Below are positions 40,492 through 51,369 of a stretch of DNA of 64,000 nucleotides, one piece after another. The notes beneath the pieces are model-generated. The model did no database searches, was not told the DNA's origin, and saw only the letters and a program-made list of their open reading frames with translations. Origin of the DNA: an uncultured delta proteobacterium (GTDB lineage Bacteria; Desulfobacterota; RBG-13-43-22); assembly GCA_963802945.1 (NCBI GenBank), contig CAWDKY010000030.1, positions 160,001 through 224,000 on the forward strand, read 5' to 3'. The translations under genes were made by a program, and so were the position numbers. Each line of letters starts with the position of its first letter. Position 1 is the first letter of the stretch.

Positions 40492-41258
40492 ATGAGCAAA
40501 AAGCATACCTGGCTTTTGACAATCGTATTTTTAGGTTGGCTTTTAATGGATTTTCCTCAAGTTGTCCAAGCAGTGGGCTTTGAAGCGGCCTTTGGGGTCT
40601 GGTACGCCGAACCAGGGGGAGGGATAGGCTATGAAGGGGATTCCCTAGATCTGAAAAATGATTTGAATTACTCCTCGGAAGTAAAATTTTTTGGAAGGGC
40701 TAAAGTTGAATTGCCACGTTTACTCCCCAATATTTACTTAATGGCTACTCCTCTTAGCTACGATGGCACTGCTGCAAAAAATACTTCCTTCACCTTTGGT
40801 AATCAAACCTTTGTTGCTGGCACCTCTTTTACTTCCAACGTCAAACTGGACCACTATGATTTGGCACTCTACTATGGGGTCCCCTTTATTAAGTCGGCCA
40901 CCCAGGGGATGTTAAATGTAGATTTAGGATTCAACATGAGGGTTTTTGATGTCCAGGCCAAGGTTACTCAGGGGGGGCAATATGCAATCCGAGAGTTTTT
41001 ATATGCCGGTACCCATGATTTACCTCGGCATCCAGGTCAGGCCTGTTCAATCCCTTTCTCTGGAGGGAGAAATCCGCGGTATTGCCTATAATGGCAATCA
41101 GTTTTATAACCTCATCGGAAGAATAAAATATAACTTCTTTAGCTTTGCCTTTGTGAGTGCCGGATACCGCTATGAGGAAGTCGTTTTTGATACGCTTGAT
41201 ATCAAGCTTGATGTTCGATTGAGCCGGACCCTTGTTGGAATTAGGCCTTCAGTTCTAA
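40492..41258 (+). CDS. Outer-membrane beta-barrel, TIGR04219-like (2 frameshifts)
   Basis: Signal peptide; LLPNIYL, DHYDLALYY, PVPMIY, AGYRY; joined C-terminus GPLLELGLQF ends in Phe. Confidence 0.75.
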
Positions 41259-41630
41259 TGGTGGTTGAAAAGTCTTTTCCGCCTAACTATAATCTGCTTC
41301 GCTTACTACCTTACGAATACGGCCGAAAAGAAGAAAAGCCGTGCAGGACGGTGAATTAAATCGTTACGCAAGCATTCAATCCGTAACCATTGCCCTTCAG
41401 TCCAGTTCCCAAACAAGATTTGTAGGTGTAAGCCGCGAAAAAAGTTTAAAACTGTCCGTCAACATAACTACTGGTCAGAACAAATATTCACCTCTTGAAT
41501 CTTTCCTTTATCGCCAGAGCGGATTGCTTACTTATCCGTTATCGGCTATGAACTTTTCTCGTCCATCGTCACCTGGCCGTGACCATTTTTAACGCCCATC
41601 AATCGCTGCTTTTCAAAAATTTGAGGGTCG

Positions 41631-42365
41631 TTATTCATCAGGCATGGGGGGTGGTATTCCCGGCCGGGCAGGTGGGGAAATCCCGTGCATCGGTCCGGGA
41701 GGCAGAGGCATACGGCCAGGCCCAGGTCTTTGCCCGGGAACGGGAACTGACCTTCCCAGTCCTTGTCGGCTGGGGAAAGACAGGGAAGAAGGAGCCGGTG
41801 TAGCGGAGCCCGGAGTGGATGGTCTGCGCACCGAGGTTGTTTCCCTGCTCCCCCGCTGAACCTGGTTCTTGCAAAAGAACCTGTGGCTATCTGATCTCCC
41901 CGGGTCATCACTATCTTGTCGGTCATGATCTCCTTCAACTTGAAACCGCTTAATGACTCTCCAAGTATTATGCGGTTTGCTTCTTTTCCCGCTCCAGGGG
42001 GTCGAGACCTAGGCCTTTTTGTCTTCCAAATAAGCCACTTTCAAATCGGGGCTTATTAAGGTTCCGAAGAGGACAAATTCAGGTTTGGGAAGGAGGTCCT
42101 CCGCTTTTTGTTCCAGGCGGGATAATGCGTTCCGGATGAAAAAGATTTTGGTCGGCAATAACCCTATATTCCTGGGGTGAGGGCGATTGGGTTTTCAAGG
42201 AATTGTTTGGGTTATTCTCAACCGGCTTCTTTTTAATCAGGGTAGGGACATAAACAACATCCGAATCCAGCCGGGGAAGAAGGAAACCAAAAAGAAAAAC
42301 AAAAAAAACGATGATCAGGATACAGTTCAATACATTAAAATTTTTTATACCCGAATCAGCTCCAT
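41631..42365 (-). CDS. T2SS accessory membrane protein, GspC/GspN-like, Pro-rich tail (multiple frameshifts)
   Basis: N-terminal TM helix, IADQNLFHPER, L.G...AYLED, GFKLKEI; last gene of the gsp operon. Confidence 0.6.
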
Positions 42366-42366
42366 T

Positions 42367-43001
42367 TTATTTGCCTCCATACAAGGCGGAGACATCCAGT
42401 TTCACCATGAGTTCTCTCGGCTCCCTAAAATTTCTGACCCGGCAATCCAGTTCTTTGATCACCAGGTAAGGAATCCGGGTCTCCACAAAAAAAACAATGT
42501 CCCTTAAAGCCCCTGTGTCGGGGGCCGTAAAATCAAAGCTCGCGCTGACGAATTTGAACCGACTTTTATCTTCGGATTTTTCTTTTTTGGCTTTGAACCT
42601 TTCCGGTTTTTGGCCTTTGGAGTTCTTTGGGGGGCCCGGAAGGCCCGGAGACGATTTCTTCCTCCTTCCCCATCCGTTCACTGGGGATCACTCCACCCCG
42701 GGTGGTGATAATGCCTTTGACCATTTCTTGAAGACCGGCGGAGGCCAGGGAGAAGGTCTCCCCTTCGATCAGTTTTGCTGTTTCGGCCTTTCTTTTTTCC
42801 TTAAGGTTATGAATTTTTTTTCCAGATCGGGCTTTTCGGCAATAATGGTCAGGTATTTTTCAAGCGTCTTGGATTTGCCGTTTGTTCCTCCCGGATCAAA
42901 GCCAATTCTTGGTGAATTCGCAGATAGCCAAATTGATAAAGGACCAATCCAATCAGGAGGACCAGGATAGGAAGCCATGATCAATAGCTGTTTTTTTTCA
43001 T
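42367..43001 (-). CDS. gspM: T2SS protein GspM (frameshifts)
   Basis: N-terminal TM, coiled coil, VETRIPYLVIKELD..LMVKLDVSAL; operon position. Confidence 0.7.
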
Positions 43002-44489
43002 CAGATCAAACCCTAAGCCTTCCATTTTTATCTGAAACCGGTCCATATTCTGCCTCGGGTCTCGGAAAGTCGGGGCCGAAAACTCCACCTTCTGAAAAAG
43101 GGTCGATGCCTCCAGCCTGGAATCAGTACGGTGGCCAAAGGAGAATAGCCTTCTAAATTGATCTGGGATTCGGAAATTCTGACCCTTGTCAGCCATGAAT
43201 TCTTAGGCAGCACCAGGGTGAATTCCTTCAATATATCCGAACTCAGAGGTTTTGATTGTTTAAAGTCGTTAATAAGGTGAATTTCATTATAAACCGTTTC
43301 AATCTCTTTTTTAAGGCTCTCGATTTTTTTTATTTCCACCTTTTTTGAGGCAACCTGGTTTTCGATATTTTGAAGTTTTTTCTTTTCCACTTCAATCGGG
43401 GTCATCCAATAAATCCCCAACAAAATCCCCAAGGCCAAAATCAGAAAGGGTAATTACCCAGGGGGGCTTTGACTTTTTGTGAAGCCCCTTAAGGAGTAAA
43501 TTGATTCCCAGCGACTTGGTCCATAAAGATTCCAGCATCCCACCGACAGCGGGATAAGGAATTGGCTTCCCCCTTTTCCCTTGATCCAAGGCCCATCTCC
43601 GCTTCATCTAAAAATTGAAAAGGTCGTTCTATGTGGATATGATCAATTTTTTCAGAGATGGATTTTTATCTTTCAGATCAAAAATGGCTTCCTCCAACGA
43701 ATTCATTTCCCTTGAGCCGATTTTAATAATTCAATTTCCTGACGGATCAGTCCTGCTTTTGTCTTTTCATCTCGTCCGGAAAAACACCGGAAAAGACCTT
43801 CAGGTCAAATCGGCGAAAAAAACACCCCCTCATATTGATTTTCATCGATTCCAACAAAAAGTACCTGATCTGTTTTTTGAATATACCGGCAAAGGGTGCT
43901 CAATCCCAACAGGTTGACCGTAATTTGATCGACCTTAAATCCTTTTTCCTGAATGGCTTTCAGATAAGGCTCTAACAAGTCGGCCCTGACCGCCGCCACC
44001 AGGATATTGACCTTTCCCGCTTCTTCTTTAAGGACCCTAAAGTCATAATAGGCATTTTCGGGAGTGAAGGGGGTTATCCGATCCAGTTCAAAGGCGATGA
44101 CATTGGAAATGTTTTCCAATACACTGGCGGGATATTCTACTGTTTTAATGACCGCCCAGGCCTTGGGAAGGCTCAAGGTCAAACGGCAGTCTTCCGCCCT
44201 CAGTTCGGCCCTGGCTAAACTGAGGCTGGAGGTCAAAAATTCCGGTGAAGGATATCTGCTTCGGGAAAAGGATATTCTTTCCACCTTTCATTTTTATCCT
44301 GGAAAGAAAGCGGGAACCGAAGGCAACAGATACTCTCCCTTTTTCAATGGCCAGGCAAAGGGTTTTTTTAAAGGAAATCCTGTCATCCGCCGGACTTAAA
44401 AACAATACCCGGCCCAGGCCTGCTCCCATTTTCTTCCCGACCGACCGGAGGAAACTGACTGTCCCGTTTTTATTTTGAAGCAATTTCAT
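42981..44489 (-). CDS. gspL: T2SS GspL / PilN-domain protein (several frameshifts)
   Basis: ENISNVIAFELDRITPF, LKEFTLVLPKNSWL..INLEG, FQKVEFSAP. Confidence 0.75.
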
Positions 44490-45439
44490 CCCTGTTTCAA
44501 AGTGACTGGCGTCTTATAATAAAGTATTTGATATTGGCTTTGTCGTCAAGAGGTTAACTGTTGCCCTGACCGCATAGCCGGATTGCGGTTTATCTTTGAA
44601 TCCCGATGATTCAATCGTATAGATATTGCTCGATGCCGTAATTGGTATAAGTTGAATCAGATTTTGACCTATTATTCCCTCGATCTCCGGGATACTTTTA
44701 ATCTCCTGATTCTGACGATAGCTGATGATCTGATCGGCTTTTCCCGAATCTATTCCCGGAATGACGGCCATTAAGACTTCCTTAGAGGCGGAATTAATAT
44801 TGATGGCCCTGCGGTGTCAAAGACGGTCAGAAAATCGATTAAACCCTTTTTCCCCCGTCTCCATAAAGGAGTTCCCGGGTCACCCCTTTGACCAATAAGA
44901 GTTCCTCCAGGGTATCAAAATCGGCATTTTTGGCTTTATAGGGATTGGGCAGCGAAAGATAATAGTCGGATTTGGCCCCATTCAGACGGTGCAAATCACC
45001 CTTATCCTTCCAATCCATGATGGAGTCCGCAACGGTATCTATGTCTGTTCCTTCAATACCCATGATTTCGATAAGCTTCCTGAGGACTATTTCCGGGGCC
45101 GAATTAATATTTAATTTTCCTGATTCATCGGTTATCTTGAGGACATAGTTTCCATCCCCCAACTGACCGGAATAAGGGCGGCCGTCGACTTTCCAAATCT
45201 CCCCGCCTTCAACCAGGACCTTATTCAGAAATCTGCATCTTTCGTCGGTAAAAAAGCTCATAAACCCCTCGTTCCACCCCCGCTTCGGCCAGGAATCTTT
45301 TTCCCATCTCCTCCTTGAAGGATAAGGTGGAAAGGGTCTCGGTCCGGGCCATATAGGAAAATGAAAAAACAATGACCATCAGGACCGTCAAAACCCATAA
45401 AACGGTCAGCAAGGCAATACCTTTTTGATTCTGACTCAT
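44486..45439 (-). CDS. gspK: T2SS minor pseudopilin GspK (frameshifts)
   Basis: KGIALLTVLW, DESGKLNIN, DSIMDWKD, LEELLLVKG. Confidence 0.88.
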
Positions 45440-45500
45440 TTTTCCCCTGAAATAAATTTCCCGTTATCCGTTATTCGACCTTCAACCTTCGATTTCAAAT

Positions 45501-46231
45501 TCATTCTTTCTCACTGTTTCTTGATCAATCTTTCCTTGCCCGCATGCCTGGGCCCTGACGGCCTGGCTTCCCGCCAAGCCTCCTCCCGTTTTCATGGAAA
45601 GGATCAGGAAAGGTCCTTCCTGTCTTTGATCAGGTGAAGCCGAATCTTATTCGGCAGAAAACCGGTCTCGGTCCATTCATCAATCCATTTCCCTTCTTCT
45701 TCGGTCGGATCCTGATAATAATATTCAAAATACATCTCATCAAAAAATTCCAGGAGTTTAATCTCTTTTTTGTTTTCCCGCCCTACCCTGTTTTCCGAAG
45801 CCTAAAGCGTCCTTTTCCCCTGATCGTCTACAATCACCTGATAGGTGACCACCACATACCCTGTCTCCCCTCCCCAAATGGAAAAATTGGTAGAAAATTC
45901 GAGAGAGTCAGGCTGTCCTTTAAAATAATATTTTTTCTCTCCGTCTTCATCGTAGATCAGAGGGATTTCCGATTGTATTTGGGCGTCAATCATATTTAAA
46001 GAGGCCTTGACCCGCCCCAGAGATTCTATCTTTTTTTCCCCGGCTTCGACTGAACGAAACCCCAGTCTCAACACGGCCATCAGGATGAAAACCATAATCC
46101 CGACAATGGCGATGGAAATCATGAGTTCCAGCAGGGTGAAGCCAAGGTTATTCCTCTTACCTCTTTTTTCAGTTATGACATGAATTCACTGAATCCCTGA
46201 ATCCTCGACTCCTGGAATCCTCTGGTTTCAT
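45501..46231 (-). CDS. gspJ: T2SS minor pseudopilin GspJ (frameshifts; ends approximate)
   Basis: GFTLLELMISIAI; operon position. Confidence 0.75.
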
Positions 46232-46656
46232 CATACCGGTTTTTCAACCATCTTCAAGGTCTTCAGGGTCAAAGATTTTTCCTTGTTCCCCTGGGTCCAG
46301 TAAACCTTGACTTCCACCTCCATCAGTTTCACCGGGAGGTTTTCCGTCCTCTCCGTCAAGGTATCCGAAACAGAAACCTGAAATCGATATCCGTTATCCG
46401 TAATCCCATTCCAGGTCCTTTCGGAAAATTCCTTGCCTTCCAGAACTTCTCTCATCTTGGACTGGGCCTCCAAAGAACCGGCCACATATTCTTCCGAAGC
46501 TGAAATGGATCTCAGGTTGGCTGAAAAAAGCTGTAAAACCGCGGTGACGGCCATTCCCAGCAGGGCCAGGGCAACCAAAACCTCCAGCAGGGTAAAACCG
46601 GCCGTTTTATTCAGGGGCTTCATTTCAGCCTTCTTTCGATATTCATTGTTCGCCAT
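46231..46656 (-). CDS. gspI: T2SS minor pseudopilin GspI
   Basis: GFTLLEVLVALA; LMEVEVKVYW. Confidence 0.85.
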   Translation of the reverse strand: MANNEYRKKAEMKPLNKTAGFTLLEVLVALALLGMAVTAVLQLFSANLRSISASEEYVAGSLEAQSKMREVLEGKEFSERTWNGITDNGYRFQVSVSDTLTERTENLPVKLMEVEVKVYWTQGNKEKSLTLKTLKMVEKPV

Positions 46657-46672
46657 TCGATGTTCCCTATTC

Positions 46673-46804
46673 GATGACTTCGTAAAAAGACGTCATTCCC
46701 GCGCACGCGGGAATCCAGGCCCTGCGTAACCAATTAAAAACACTGGATTCCCGTTTTCACGGGAATGACGAAAATGGGTTTCGTCGACTTTTTGCGGGTT
46801 CATC
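46673..46804. mobile_element. MITE-like element, family B, with internal REP-like palindromes
   Basis: Ends GATGACTTCGTAAAAAG / CTTTTTGCGGGTTCATC; CGTCATTCCCGCGCACGCGGGAATCCAG..CTGGATTCCCGTTTTCACGGGAATGACG. Confidence 0.72.
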
Positions 46805-46843
46805 CACGGGTTCATCCATTGGTTCTGTTTGTCTGAATAGGCT

Positions 46844-47331
46844 TCACCGGGTAACCACTGCCCCCAGTAAAGGATCCAGCTCGATTCCTATAGCCTTTTT
46901 TTTATCGGACAATTGAAATTGGGCGCTGTCCATACCCCAATTCGATTCAAAAACCAGCCGATATTGCCCGCTCCGAATCTCTTCCCCTGTTGAATCTACT
47001 ATTTTGAGTTCCAAATGGGAAGGGATTTTCTTGACCTGTCGCCCTTCTATTCCATATTCTTTAGAGTCCAGATTAACGGACCATCCCTGTTGTTCCCCAT
47101 GAATTTTGGCCAAATCACGGGCCTGTCTCAGTGTGGCCGAAAATTCCCTGACCGTTGCCTGGAGCTTGGCCGAAGACAGAAGGTTGGCAAAAGAGACCGT
47201 CACCAATCCCAGGATCAGCAGGCTTAACAACAAGACAATGATCAATTCCAGCAGGGTAAATCCCGATCGTTTTTAAAATATTCGAAGGGTTCGAGCGATT
47301 CGAGGATTCGAGGATTCGAGTTTGTTAACAA
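46844..47331 (-). CDS. gspH: T2SS minor pseudopilin GspH/FimT (frameshift near 47265)
   Basis: GFTLLELIIVL; GGAG + TTG start inferred. Confidence 0.75.
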
Positions 47332-47401
47332 ATTAAACTCCAGATCGAATTTAATTTTTTCACTTAATCCTTGACCCCTTGAATCCTTAATCCTTATTTT
47401 T

Positions 47402-48596
47402 TTAAAAAGGAAGATCCGTGATACTGAAAATAGCCATCAGCATGGACAAAACAATAAAGCCGATGATCAGCCCCATCACTAAGATCATCGCCGGTTCCAG
47501 AAAGCTGATAAACCTTTTAATGGAGACCCGCAAACTTTTTTCATAAGTGGCCGCCACCTTCAACAACATATCATCCAATTGACCGGTCTCCTCCCCCACC
47601 TTGATCATGGATAAGGCCAGCGGAGGAAACACCTTGGAAGCGGAAAGCGGCAGGGCCATGCCCTTGCCTTCTTTCACCCCGGTTGACACTTCCTCCAGGG
47701 CGGAAGCAATCGCCTGATTACTGACTACGTCCCGTGAATTTTTTATGGCCTGCAGCAATGGGACCCCGCTCTTGATCAGGGTGCCCAGGGTCCGGCAAAA
47801 ACGGGCGGTCTCCAACTTTCGGATGATATCTCCCAACCAATTTAAGTTTTATACCGTCCCAGCGAAACCGACCCTGTTCCGATTTGGTGTAGGTCCTGAA
47901 GAGAATCCAGCCGAAAACAATCAGGATCAGGGCTATCCACCAGTAGGTTTTCAAGCCCTGGCTGAAGGAAAGCAGAAGTTGAGTCGAAAGAGGCAGGGAA
48001 CTTCCCATTTCAGCAAAGATGACGGAAAATTTAGGCAGAACATAGGTCAGCAGGATAATGATCGACAGTCCCCCGGTGGAAAGCAAAATAATCGGGTAAA
48101 TCATGGAGGACAAAACTTGTTCTTTCAGTTCCTGGGCCGATTCCAGAAATTCAGTCAGCTTCTCCAAGACAACGGACAATACCCCGCCCGCCTCCCCGGC
48201 CTTGACCATATTGACATAAAGTCTCGGAAATACTCTGGGGTGCCGCTGAAGGGCATCCGAAAAAGAACTTCCTCCCCGGATCGTCTGGAGTATAGACCGG
48301 ATCAGGTCCTGATTCTCTTTGCTTTCGGCAATACCGGCCAGGATATTCAGACTCCGATCCAAAGGCAGTCCGGCCTCTAAAAGGGAGGTCAGCTCGGAAG
48401 TAAAACCCAGGAGATCGGCTTTAGGGGAAAACAGGGCAAAGCGTTTCTGGAGGCCTTTTCCGGGAACGAAGACCTTTAAAGGAATGATATCGGAATTTTT
48501 AAGACGATCAATGGCGGCTTGTTCATCAGCGGCTTCAATAGCCCCCTCGATAATAGCCCCCTCAGGGTTGGTCCCTCGGTAAGAAAAGACGGCCAT
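47402..48596 (-). CDS. gspF: T2SS inner-membrane platform GspF (frameshift near 47835)
   Basis: YVNMVKAGEAGG, SMIYP, MIKVGEETGQLD, LEP. Confidence 0.93.
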
Positions 48597-50119
48597 TAGA
48601 CCTCTTGAGTGACCCGGAGCACTTCCGGTAAAGTGGTCAAAGAGGCCTTCACTTTTTCAAGCCCGTCTTCCAACAGGGTCTTCATGCCGTTTCTTCTGGC
48701 CTCCTCCCTTATTTGAATGGCATCGGAATTTTTCAGGATCATTCTCCGTATGGAATCTTCGATCAGAAACAATTCAAAGATACCGATTCGGCCAAAAAAA
48801 CCGGTCCCGGAGCACTGCTCACACCCGGTTCCTTTATACAGGGTGTCGATCTTGCCCATCTGGAGGTGAATCAGCTCCTCCTGAACCGCCGGGGCCGGAT
48901 CAACAACCTTGCAGGCCGGACAGATGACCCGGACCAGGCGCTGGGCCAAGATACCGCGGATGGTCGATGAAAGCAGAAAGCTCTCCACACCCATGTCCAG
49001 CAAACGGGTAATGGCACTGGGGGCGTCATTGGTGTGCAGGGTGGAAAAGACCAGATGTCCGGTCAAGGCCGATTGAATGGCGATCTCGGCCGTCTCCAGG
49101 TCTCGGATCTCTCCGATCATAATGATATCGGGATCATGGCGGACGATATGCCGCAGGGTGCCGGCAAAATTCAATCCTATCTGAGGTTTCACCTGGATTT
49201 GGTTGATCCCTTTCAACTGGTATTCGATGGGGTCTTCCACGGTGATGATCTTTTTGTCCGGGGAATTGATCTTATCCAACGCCCCGTACAGGGTGGTGGT
49301 CTTCCCGCTTCCGGTCGGTCCGGTGACTAAAATAATCCCGTTGGCTTTTTTGATCAGTTGGTTAAAGATGGATAGGTTTTGAGCGGAAAACCCCAACAGA
49401 TCGAGATCGATGGTCACCCCTTCCTTTTGCAGTATCCTCATCACCACCCCTTCTCCATGAAGCACCGGGATGGTGGACACTCTTAAATCGACCTCTTTTT
49501 CACCCACTTTTAATTTGATCCGGCCGTCCTGGGGCAGCCTTTTCTCGGCGATATTCAGTTTGGCCATAATCTTAATCCGAGAGAGAATGGCGGCCTGAAG
49601 ATTCTTGGGCAGGGATTCTATTTCGTGCAACACCCCGTCAATACGATAGCGTACCTTCAATTCATCTTCGAAAGGCTCGATATGAATATCACTGGAACGA
49701 CTTTCTACGGCCCGGGTGATTACCATGTTGACCAATTTGATGATCGGGGCTTCCGAAGCCAGATCCTTGAGATGCCCGATATCCTCTTCCTCTTCTTTCA
49801 GGAATTCCAGGTTGTCGGTCCCGATGTCTTCGATGATCCGGTTGATGTTTTGAGCTTCCTGACCGTAAAACTTGGCAATATATTCGCTAATCAGGTCCGG
49901 GTCTCCTGCATAAACCATCACCTCAGCCGAAAGGGCTACCTGCAGGGCATCAATGGTCGCCTTGTCCTCAGGGCGGCCAAGGGCCACTTTCAAAACATTA
50001 TTCTTGAATTCCAAGGGGACGACCAGATTTTCTCGGATGAAACGGGTGGAAATACCCTCTAACGCCAGGGGGATCTTGGGAAGTTGTTCGGGATTTAAAG
50101 AATGAATTTCAAAACCCAT
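48596..50119 (-). CDS. gspE: T2SS ATPase GspE
   Basis: SDIHIEP, GPTGSGKTTT, GEIRDLET, STLHTND, CxxC pairs. Confidence 0.96.
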   Translation of the reverse strand: MGFEIHSLNPEQLPKIPLALEGISTRFIRENLVVPLEFKNNVLKVALGRPEDKATIDALQVALSAEVMVYAGDPDLISEYIAKFYGQEAQNINRIIEDIGTDNLEFLKEEEEDIGHLKDLASEAPIIKLVNMVITRAVESRSSDIHIEPFEDELKVRYRIDGVLHEIESLPKNLQAAILSRIKIMAKLNIAEKRLPQDGRIKLKVGEKEVDLRVSTIPVLHGEGVVMRILQKEGVTIDLDLLGFSAQNLSIFNQLIKKANGIILVTGPTGSGKTTTLYGALDKINSPDKKIITVEDPIEYQLKGINQIQVKPQIGLNFAGTLRHIVRHDPDIIMIGEIRDLETAEIAIQSALTGHLVFSTLHTNDAPSAITRLLDMGVESFLLSSTIRGILAQRLVRVICPACKVVDPAPAVQEELIHLQMGKIDTLYKGTGCEQCSGTGFFGRIGIFELFLIEDSIRRMILKNSDAIQIREEARRNGMKTLLEDGLEKVKASLTTLPEVLRVTQEV

Positions 50120-50153
50120 AGTCTTATTCCTGGTTTTTTTATAACAATTAGGG

Positions 50154-50576
50154 TTACAAAAGAATCGTTTCTATGGCTAAACCTTCTGCTGATTTCGATA
50201 GACCTTTATCGGCCGTGACGAAAATATATTCTCGAGAGGAAGCAACAGCCAAATGAATCGCATCGAGACTTCTTAATGAATTATTAAACAAGCTGATCCA
50301 TTCTCTGGCCAAACGGAAATGATGGGGTTCGATAGGCAGATTCAGATAAAGACGGCCATCTATGTGAGCCAGAAATTTGGCAATAATTCGTCCACCATCC
50401 CTTTGGCTAAGTCCCCGTTCTCTTATTTTCCTTGATATGGCCGAGCAAAACTCAACTTCTGTCAGTGCACTAATGGCAGGTCGAAAATGATTCAAGATAA
50501 AATCCTCTGCTTTTTCGCTTAAGGGCTCCGGGCAGTAGTAGGCTGCAAGAATGCTTGTGTCCAGGTAAAAATTCAA
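50154..50576 (-). CDS. vapC: VapC PIN-domain toxin
   Basis: YLDTS, E, LRSLDAIHLA, FVTAD. Confidence 0.92.
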   Translation of the reverse strand: MNFYLDTSILAAYYCPEPLSEKAEDFILNHFRPAISALTEVEFCSAISRKIRERGLSQRDGGRIIAKFLAHIDGRLYLNLPIEPHHFRLAREWISLFNNSLRSLDAIHLAVASSREYIFVTADKGLSKSAEGLAIETILL

Positions 50577-50806
50577 TAGCGTTCCTCTGCTCTTTGGCGT
50601 AACACCATAGCCCTTAAAGGTTCCCCTTTGATCCGGATTGAAGATCGGAATTTTTTTAAGCTGGGCAGCTTTATCCCTTCGGTCAGAGATGGAATCAAAC
50701 GGGCCACTTTTTCCCCCCGGCGGAGAATAACGATCTCATCCCCTTTTTCCACCCTATCCAGAAGGGAACTCAATTTGCTTCTGGCTTCTTTGATATTTAT
50801 TTCCAT
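50573..50806 (-). CDS. Phd/YefM antitoxin
   Basis: EARSKLSSLLDRVEKGDEIVILRRG; overlaps vapC by 4 nt. Confidence 0.92.
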   Translation of the reverse strand: MEINIKEARSKLSSLLDRVEKGDEIVILRRGEKVARLIPSLTEGIKLPSLKKFRSSIRIKGEPLRAMVLRQRAEERY

Positions 50807-50839
50807 TTTCTTATCCCTTAATCCTTATCGTTGGGGTAA

Positions 50840-50870
50840 AGTGTACACTAATCTACAATAAGTGTCCATT
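50840..50870. promoter_or_regulatory. Probable TA autoregulatory operator
   Basis: Palindrome AGTGTACACT plus imperfect copy AGTGTCCATT upstream of the antitoxin. Confidence 0.5.
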
Positions 50871-50934
50871 ACCTAATTTTACCTTTATTTATCTTAACCC
50901 CCTTTATAAATTGCAAAACGGCCCCTTTGTTGAA

Positions 50935-50954
50935 ATGCACAGAAATTTGTGCAT
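50935..50954. promoter_or_regulatory. Candidate enhancer-binding-protein site (UAS)
   Basis: ATGCACA-N6-TGTGCAT about 90 bp upstream of a sigma54-like motif. Confidence 0.55.
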
Positions 50955-51039
50955 CTATAACCAAAATAACTGCGCCAATGGACATTCGGCACCAACCCAG
51001 AAAAAACATAACCAAAAGAAAATTTTAAATAAATTCATA

Positions 51040-51055
51040 TGGCATGTTTTCTGCT
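51040..51055 (+). promoter_or_regulatory. sigma54 (-24/-12) promoter candidate
   Basis: TGGCATGTTTTCTGCT versus consensus TGGCACG-N4-TTGCW, with correct GG..GC spacing. Confidence 0.6.
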
Positions 51056-51369
51056 TAATAAAAATTAATTTTAGAAAATTCAGAAAAATGTTTTCAGGTC
51101 AGGCAAACAGGATCAATAAAAAGGAGAAAACAAAAGTTGATGAATTTTTTATTGACATAACCTATTAAATATTTTAAATAAGATACATAATCAGCACATC
51201 AAATAATGTCACATTTATCGGACAGAATATAAAATCATCCACCAATAGCAATCAAATATATGGTGTGGCCCGATCCCATTCAAACCCCACTCAAAACAAC
51301 ACTCCAATTCATGCATTGCTTCCCTGTAACGCTACAGAGGACGGTGATTGCTTATTAAGGAGATCAAAC

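Noticed and set aside
31946-50119. Type IV pilus or competence system rather than T2SS
   Set aside because: The GspG-type pseudopilin, GspK and GspD N-domains are present and there is no PilT, which fits a T2SS.
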